Source: Eledone cirrhosa (lineage: Eukaryota). From it: 64,000 nucleotides of DNA. The stretch covers positions 149,978,001 through 150,042,000 of the forward strand of contig OZ024741.1 of NCBI GenBank assembly GCA_964016885.1, given 5' to 3'. Each line of letters opens with the position of its first letter. Within the stretch, counting starts at the first letter, position 1. This document shows positions 55,160 through 64,000 of this stretch, piece by piece. A program made the translations under genes and the position numbers. The notes beneath the pieces were generated by a model that saw only the letters and a list, made by a program, of their open reading frames with translations, was not told the origin of the DNA and searched no databases.

Positions 55160-55344
55160 ATTGTTTCTACTTTTGGCACAAGGCCAGCAATTAACCAGTA
55201 CATTACTGGTACTTTATTTTATCGACCCTGTAAGGATGAAAGGCAAAGTTAACCTAGGCGGGATTTGAACTCAGTTCGTAAAGGGACGTAACTGTGCTGC
55301 AAAGCATGGCGTCTAACCCTCTACCGATACTGCCAATCCACAAC
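55160..55344 (-). mobile_element. SINE (family of 3791-3976) with 10-bp TSD
   Basis: ccttaatata at 55150-55159 and 55345-55354. Confidence 0.85.
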
Positions 55345-55619
55345 CCTTAATATACATTAATAACAACTATCTCAACACTACTGAAAATCTATTTCAGACA
55401 AACCACTAAATTCCTTTCATTTGTCATATATTAATTTTGCCTGAATACTACTGGTTACGCCACAGTGATATAATTTCACGAACCCAATACACTGATTCAA
55501 TTACTATCTTTATGAAGAGTTTCCTAATTCCCGAACGGCACCTACTGGTTAATCTCTGAAAAACCACCCAACTTTGGTACCGAATTTTACTTGCCTTCTG
55601 AAGAGTTGTGAAATGCATA

Positions 55620-56799
<1,180 letters not shown>

Positions 56800-56810
56800 T
56801 ATATATATAT

Positions 56811-56927
56811 AAATGGAAAAAAGGAAATTTCATTTCTCACTCTTAGTACGGCTGATACTTAAATATAAGTATTATACGTACATACATATATGTATACAGA
56901 CGTACAGTAGTATGTATATACATACAT

Positions 56928-57006
<79 letters not shown>

Positions 57007-57492
57007 TATATATGTACGTATAGGTTTACCGAACATTTATTATAATGCTCGGTTTGTTTGTAAACAAACAGCCCGAATTTTTAGCCGTACAGTGTTCGGC
57101 AACCATCGTTGCCCTTTTGTTCAACACTGACAAAGGAACGATGAACTAGTTTCTAGCTTATTAGCTGTCATCAGCACCGTATACCTTCCTGTCAGCCGAT
57201 TGAACGTTTGAAAGTATATACTTTCCTTATGCATATTAACGGCGGAGCAGCTTAATTTGCATATCGAGTGAGTTAGTCGGCCGCGCGTACCGAAAACGAT
57301 AAATGGAAAAAATGAAATTTCATTTCTCAATCTTAGTAAAAATTCGGGCTGTTTGTTTACAAACAAACCGAGCATTATAATAAATGTTCGGAAAACCCAT
57401 ACGTACATATATATATGTGTGCATGTATTTATGTATATGCATACTACTGTACGTCTGTATACATATATATGTATGTACGTATAATACTTATA
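56811..57492 (-). mobile_element. Diverged relative of the 32.3-34.9-kb unit (about 1.1 copies plus an inversion)
   Basis: Collinear with the array unit, with (CA)n in place of (TA)n; about 57339-57492 is inverted. Confidence 0.8.
57138..57180 (-). ncRNA. Type I hammerhead (array family)
   Basis: acggtg-CTGATGA-cagct aata agcta-GAAA-ctag-TT-catcgt. Confidence 0.75.
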
Positions 57493-57546
57493 TTTATATA
57501 TATATATACATATATATTAGAAAGTGTACAACACAAAATATAACTA

Positions 57547-57614
57547 CTCCATTACCAAAGGTTTCTGGATCCCAGACAATAATAATATACGTCTGGATCG
57601 GTCATCAGACAGAA
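57547..57614 (-). ncRNA. Type I hammerhead, left arm of palindrome 57516-57716
   Basis: Reverse complement of 57618-57685 with a few changes. Confidence 0.6.
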
Positions 57615-57617
57615 CAT

Positions 57618-57685
57618 CTCTGTCTGATGACCGATCCAGATGTATATTAATATTGTCAGGGATCCAGAAACCTTTGGTAATGGAG
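57618..57685 (+). ncRNA. Type I hammerhead, right arm of palindrome
   Basis: ctctgt-CTGATGA-ccgatcc[22 nt]ggatcca-GAAA-cc ttt gg-TA-atggag; the base of stem II is mismatched. Confidence 0.62.
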
Positions 57686-57910
57686 TAGTTATATTTTGTG
57701 TTGTTCACTTTCTAATTAAATAGCTCTGTTCTATACATAGAGCACTCTTTTTTCAACGCACTGCTCAGTAGCTTTGTGAATTATATAATCCCACTTTAGA
57801 CTGATGCAGGTCATTACGCAATAATACCGAAACATTTGTAAAGGATTATTAATACATGAATTAAAAAAAAGCAACTCCATAACCTGTTTTAATCCCACCA
57901 TACCCCCCCC

Positions 57911-57943
<33 letters not shown>

Positions 57944-57996
57944 TTCATATTTATATATATTTTCATATTTATATATATATATATATATATAAATAT

Positions 57997-58180
57997 GAAA
58001 ATGTATAACCCCGATGGCAGAGTTCAAACCGTTTCGACGGCTATTTCTAGAAATAGCCGTCGAAACGGCTTGAGCTCTGCCGTCGGGGTTATACATTTTC
58101 CTATTACCCACTCTAGTACCCTAAGTATTGAGTACTCTGGTGCGTTATGGTCGAACTGGTTCCTTACCACATTTCCTTCG

Positions 58181-58182
<2 letters not shown>
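57997..58182 (+). mobile_element. Fold-back pLTR-like fragment with half hammerhead
   Basis: Palindrome 57997-58100 centred on ctatttctagaaatag; homologous to 38292-38486. Confidence 0.7.
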
Positions 58183-58227
<45 letters not shown>

Positions 58228-58269
58228 ATAGAGCACTCTTTTTTCCTTTGCTTTTCCTTCGGAATTACC

Positions 58270-58405
<136 letters not shown>

Positions 58406-58665
58406 GTATGTGTGTGTGTATTGCATTTTTTAGAGGACTGTGATTTGAACCCGAAGTGATGCAATTTGGTTTCTTGCATAAAACTTTTTCCCCGTAATAC
58501 AGTTTCTCGTTGTTGACATATCAGCTACATCAGTGGACAGACACAGAGACATACAATGTTATATATTTATAGATAGAAAGTATTTGCTGAAATAGAATCA
58601 TTAAAAAATGTTAAAACAATATTATTGTAATATTTAGAGATAAGCAAAATTCATATATATATATG

Positions 58666-59468
58666 TGAGGTCTGTAGAAAAAATATCCGATTTTATTAAT
58701 TAATTTTTTTTTCGTGGGAAATGATGACACCAGGGAGACAAAAGTGGGCTGAGTGAAACCGCATACATTCATGCAGTCAGCGTAGGGAGGGCTATACTAT
58801 TTCTTCATCGCGTTTTCATTTCACCCGATACTATTAACAAGTATCCTGAGTTCCAAAATACCGTGACAACTGGAAATGAGACGTGGATGTACAAGTAGAA
58901 ACCGAAAACCAAACCTAGTCATCAAAGTGGAAGCACCCAGCGTCGTTAAAGCTAAAAAAGGCACATCTGGTTCAGAGCCAAATCAAGGTGATACTGATTG
59001 TTTTCTTCGACTACCAAGACGTTGTGCATCACGAATATGAACTAGAAAGACAAACAGTTACAAAGAGAGAGCTATCACCGAGTCCTCCTAAGTCTTTGTG
59101 ATGCAGCTCGGTACAAGGGATCGGAATCTATGGCCCTTGCGAAACTGGCAGCTGCATTATGACAATGCACAGCTCATTCACCAGGCTCTATACTCACTCT
59201 CCTGACATCTAATTGTTTCCCAAAATGAAGATGCCATTGAAAATATTCCACTTCGAGAGCTGAGAGGGCATCATACAGACTACAACAGTGGAGCTGAGAG
59301 CCATTCGGGAAGAAGCATTACAGACGTGGACCCAGCAGTAGAAGGATCGTTGTGCTTAGTGTAAGGAGGCACAAGATGTCCTACTACGTTGGGGATTAGC
59401 AATTGAACCCCACCAAATACGTAATTTGTTTCCTAGTCTAAGGTTGGATACTTTTTCAACAGACTTCG
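58666..59468 (+). mobile_element. Old degraded mariner
   Basis: TIRs gaggtctgtagaaaaaatatccga / ttggatactttttcaacagacttcg; traces of TGNETW, KVILIVFFD and LHYDNA. Confidence 0.75.
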
Positions 59469-59639
59469 TATGACTGTATCTTTACGGTGTTAGTATGTAG
59501 TCATTATTCTAGTATCCAATCAGTAAGATTGTTTACAGACTTAAATGAAACACTACTACCATATCAATTGTACATAAGAAAAACAACTGTTTTCGACATT
59601 AATTTTTGTCTTAATGTTTCAATTCCAGTCATGCAGCCA

Positions 59640-60135
59640 TGTTGCATGGCTGGAATGAAAATCAGTGCCGTGAAAATTGAGACACTTGTCCTCTCAAGGA
59701 AGACTGCGTAGGGTACTCTACATGTGAATAGAGTTCCATTGAAGCAGGTGGAGAAGTTCAATATCTCGGGACCGTATTCACGAGTGATGGAAGGCAGAAG
59801 GCTGAATTAAGTGCAAGAATTGGAGGAGCTGGTGCAGTAAGCTCCAGTTTCAGCATCGGTAATAAGAAGGGCGGTAGGTGTAAAAGCCAAACTCACTATC
59901 TTCAGTTCGGTATTCGTGCCAACCCTTACCTATGGACATGAATCTTGGGTAATGACCGAATGAATACCATAGCGAATACAAGCGGCCGAAATGGTGTTCC
60001 TCTTAAAGATTTTTGGAGTAGCGTTACTTAATAGAGTACGTAACTCGGAGATCAAAGAGTCACCCCAGGTAGAGCCGCTACTTCTCCGAATTGAGAGATC
60101 ACAGCTCCGATACTATGGCCATGTGATTAGAACAA
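59640..60135 (+). mobile_element. RTE-clade LINE fragment (Expander/Rex3-like)
   Basis: AGMKIS, LKQVEKF.YLG, PTLTYGHESWVMTE, IQAAEM, VEPLLLRIERSQLRYYGHV. Confidence 0.8.
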
Positions 60136-60184
60136 TTTTTCATATTTCCAGCTTTTTTGTTCCATGCTCCATATTAATATAGAT

Positions 60185-60830
60185 GTTACCCTCTATCTTC
60201 CACCATCTCCCACTTTTACCTTGTACCTCCACCTTTCACCTCTACCTCCCACTTTACCCCCCCACTTTTACATTGTACTTCCACCTCTCACCTCTACCTC
60301 CCACCTTAACTTCTACTTCTACCTCCCACTCCTACCTCTCACCTATGCCTTCCACTTTTACCTCCACCTCTACCTTGCACCTCGACCACCCTCTCTATTT
60401 CAAACCTCTATCTCCCACCTCTTCCCCCTACCTCTACCTCTACCCCTACCTTTACCTTCCTATCTATCTCGAAACTCTACCTTCCACCTTTACCTCCCAC
60501 GTCAACCTCTCACCTCTACCTTCCACCTCTACCTTTACCTCTACCTCCCACCTCTACTTTCATCTTTACCTCCACCTTTATATCCCACTTCTACCCCCAC
60601 TATCTCCGAATTCCAACTTCCACCTCAACCGCCATCTCTACTTCCACATCCTACCTCTATGTCGCACCTCTACAACATGTCTAACTCCCACCTCTATCAC
60701 CCACTCTACCTCCCACTCTACTTCCCCCTCTACTTCCCTCTCTACTTCCTTCTCTAGCTCCTCCTCTACCGCCTCTACTTCCTCCTCTACCTCTCTACAT
60801 CTACCCACCCTTTACCTTCCTCCTCTACGT
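60185..60830. repeat. Pyrimidine-rich low-complexity tract (cctcta/cctcca-like)
   Basis: Seen directly. Confidence 0.8.
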
Positions 60831-61184
60831 CCCGCACATATGGATACTTGTTCACATACTAACACACATACTAAAACGTCCATACAAACGCAAGCACTAG
60901 TATATATTGTATCAGTAGAAAATGCTTACAGAAAAACAGTTATATTAGATGAACAGATAACTGCATCTCTACCTCATCAACCACCTGCTGATGAGCAATT
61001 TCACGCATTAAGGGAGGATTGCATTTGTAATTATCAAGGGAGTGTAATAGGTGGACCATAACAAAATTAGATTTGCTACCTACTAAATCTAAGGGAGAAA
61101 ACAGTGATGGTTGGACGAGAGTGAGAGAAACAAGGAGAGTGTGGAAGAAGAGAAATAAAAGACACACACACACACACACACACG

Positions 61185-61227
<43 letters not shown>

Positions 61228-61240
61228 ACACACACACACA

Positions 61241-61282
<42 letters not shown>

Positions 61283-61486
61283 GAGAGAGAGATGGAATAA
61301 AGAAGAAACAGAACGTTAAGGTCAGGAAAATAAAACATACAGTAGTTTATTGATGTATTTAACTCCATCACCACGATACCATATCGAAATTGATATAATA
61401 TACATGGTGTCGAGTTCTCTTTCACATTGCACTAGGATTTTCTTAATCAGCATATACTACCAATTAAGAAACACCCTATAACACAA

Positions 61487-61540
<54 letters not shown>

Positions 61541-61544
<4 letters not shown>

Positions 61545-63785
61545 GTGGTTACACAACAGTTAGTTCACTATACCGAGAACAATTGTTTCACCTTAGCGGA
61601 TCCTCACCTCGTAATGGACATGGTTATACGGAACAGGAAGGAAAACCGTACGAACGCGCATGCGCAGAAACAGTCATTTCACACAGGTAATACTAAATTG
61701 CGTGCAAGAGGTGTAAGAGAGATAACTGCGAAAGTCCGAAAGTTTCTAGTTGATAAGAAAATTAGGATGTTGTAATTCAATCCGGAGCTTTATAGTTATG
61801 TAAGGGGTGTTTCCAGACGTGTGGAAATTGTGTGAAAAATTCATTTCTTGTGTTTAGGCAATCACTATTGCGTAATCTCTTTAGAATATTTATTCGTTCA
61901 TCAATACGTAGTCCACACGACGGATTGCCCCTTGCGTATGGCTTGGACTTAGTGATGGCTTTCCATTGAATGGAGTAGTCTATACTTGAGTCCTTGAGGG
62001 ACCATAGTGGCTCGCGAGTTTCGTGGATGAACGTCTGTCCGAGTACCTGAAAGTAGACTGGTGGTTCAGGAAGCGTTCCTTAAATCGGCCCTCCGTCGTA
62101 CCCACATAGGATTTGACCTCCTGTGGTTGATTTGGTCGGTTGGAAGTGACCACAGCTTCATAAACTACAGCAGGGTGTTGCATTGCTGTTGAAGGGATCA
62201 GCTTCGGGCTTACGGCAAGAGCACCCTGGTGGGGTGTTGCTCTTAGGGCTGTTGGTGATGTGGGGCTTCATGTTCTTAGCGCAGGAGTATCCTAGTTTTA
62301 CTTTGTGTCGGTTAAAGATGGAGCGGTATTTATGACCTATGCGAAAGTGTCTATCTAAGAGGGTTAGAAATTGTTTGCCTACATTGGTTTTAACGTTGAG
62401 TGAGAAGGGAGGAGAGAACCAGATAGTTTGTCTATTGTTACGCTTTCTTTTCTTATTGCTGTTGTTGTTAGTGGGAGAGTAAGTGATAGGTTGCGAGAAG
62501 CCGCTGTTAGCTAACGCCGTGTTATGTAGGGTGCCGCTCTATCAAAGATAGCCTTATTAGAGGAGAGGTTTGAGATTCTAGTACTGATATTATTTACGAA
62601 GTTTCTAATAACAGTGGGAGGGTGGCAGGAGTCCTTGTGAATGTAATTGAGTTTTTCGTTAAGCTTATGGAAGGGTCTGTAAGTGTGTTTGCGAAGGTCT
62701 AAATTAATGTCTAAGAAATCTACGCTAGAGAGGTTGGTAACTACTGTTATCCTAAGTCCTAACTCATTGAAGGTAGAAGCTAAGTCTTTTTTAAACCGGT
62801 CGAGGTCGTGACCACTTTTATGGCTCGATAAGGTCAGTCTATCGTGTGGAAGTTCGGGAATCTAATACGTAATATGTCTAAAATAAATAGGCCAACCAAG
62901 TCGCATACGTCAGCACTGTCAAACGATCCCATGGAGACGTCGAATAGGTCTGAAGTTGTTGACTTCTTTGCCCAGGCTACTCCGTTGTTTAAGAGGAGGG
63001 TTTTCCGGCAGTGAGCGATGATTTCCCTGTCTAAACCATCGACGGTAGTGTAAGTGGTAGCAAAGTCCAACGCTTTGTTTAACAGGGTCTCTGATATCGA
63101 CGGGTAAAAATCAACAATGTCAAACTGTAAATTTCGCTTTTTTGGATTTGAAGGAGTTAAACCACTTAATTACGGAGTCGCTGTTCTCCCACTGGGGCAG
63201 ATTGGACTTGGTCCTAATGGTCTTAACTATGTTTCTAAGTATGGCTTTACTGACTAGTCCCATATCTGTGCGTGCCTGGTTTAGTAGTCTACACGTGGGG
63301 TTAGAAGTAAAGTCTACCTTGTGATCTTTCAGGATGAGGAACGCCTCCCGCTTAGCTAGAGATTGTAGCTTCTTATCTACCCTAAGGGCGGCGGCAAGTT
63401 CTTTGGCTTCTGTATCAATGTCGCGGTAGGCCATAGGGTTAGCTTTCTTATATTTGGAAGTAATAGAGTTATGGGCCAAGTGGCTGTAAGTGGTGTTGTG
63501 GACTTCGTAAATATTATTAGTTTTGTCGGAAAGAACGAAAGTGTTATTAGAAGACCTAAATTTCTTAATATCATTTCTGAGTTTCGTTTGAAAGGTGTTA
63601 GGGTGTTTGCGAAAGGAAATGTTAGCGACTATGTCAAGAAGGTCCGCCTCGAAAGTAGCAAGTTCAGTTACCTTAGGAGGGTAGCCTCTCGATTTCAGGT
63701 TGAAGGTGTTACTGGTGTCTGTAATTTTGCCGTCAAAAGCTAGGGCTCTCCATCTTAAGCGTCTGACGACATCGTCCGCTTTTTG
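61541..63785 (-). mobile_element. Penelope-like element (RT + C-terminal GIY-YIG + pLTR), 5'-truncated and disrupted; same family as 51363-53035
   Basis: RRLRWRA, SDKTNNIY, LKDHK, CRLLN, DIVDFYPSI, FDVSMGSFD, GIY-YIG; both ends lie in (TA)n. The catalytic YRDD region appears deleted near 62840. Confidence 0.9.
61573..61612 (-). ncRNA. pLTR hammerhead with mutated core (GUGAGGA)
   Basis: cgag-GTGAGGA-tccgctaaggt-GAAA-caattg-TT-ctcgg; probably inactive. Confidence 0.55.
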
Positions 63786-63906
63786 TATATATATATATAT
63801 ATAGGGGTATAAAATATACGGAAGTGAAAACCAACCCAAACCAAACAGTGAGTGTGTTTTATTATATATTTCTGGCAATATTATAACAATGACCTTCCCC
63901 AAATAT

Positions 63907-63967
<61 letters not shown>

Positions 63968-64000
63968 ATATATATATTGACATAACTATTATCATCTTAT

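Overview
Eukaryotic, AT-rich, repeat-saturated non-coding DNA. The SINE families and microsatellite load look like an Octopus (coleoid cephalopod) genome; this is inferred, not searched. No host protein-coding gene is supported, and almost all listed ORFs are microsatellite artefacts. Recognisable elements: an R4/Dong-clade RLE retrotransposon with an open 873-aa RT+CCHC+RLE frame, tail-to-tail with a degraded L1/Tx1 element at (TAA)n; several Penelope-like elements (PLEs; RT and/or GIY-YIG); Tc1 and mariner remnants; a non-autonomous Helitron; MITEs; tRNA-derived SINEs; RTE fragments; and about 7 kb of (GGT)n/(GAT)n/(GTT)n repeat. The main signal is about 20 type I hammerhead ribozyme (HHR) motifs, found by eye, in at least 9 distinct sequence families between 30.6 and 61.6 kb. 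Some sit in PLE pLTRs. Others sit in small non-coding units in tandem (a 4-ribozyme array with 542-584-nt periods; a 322-nt unit) or in head-to-head palindromes, mostly within (TA)n tracts. This looks like a family of retrozyme-like, PLE-mobilised self-cleaving RNAs that may circularise. All folds are manual and uncomputed, and boundaries are approximate.
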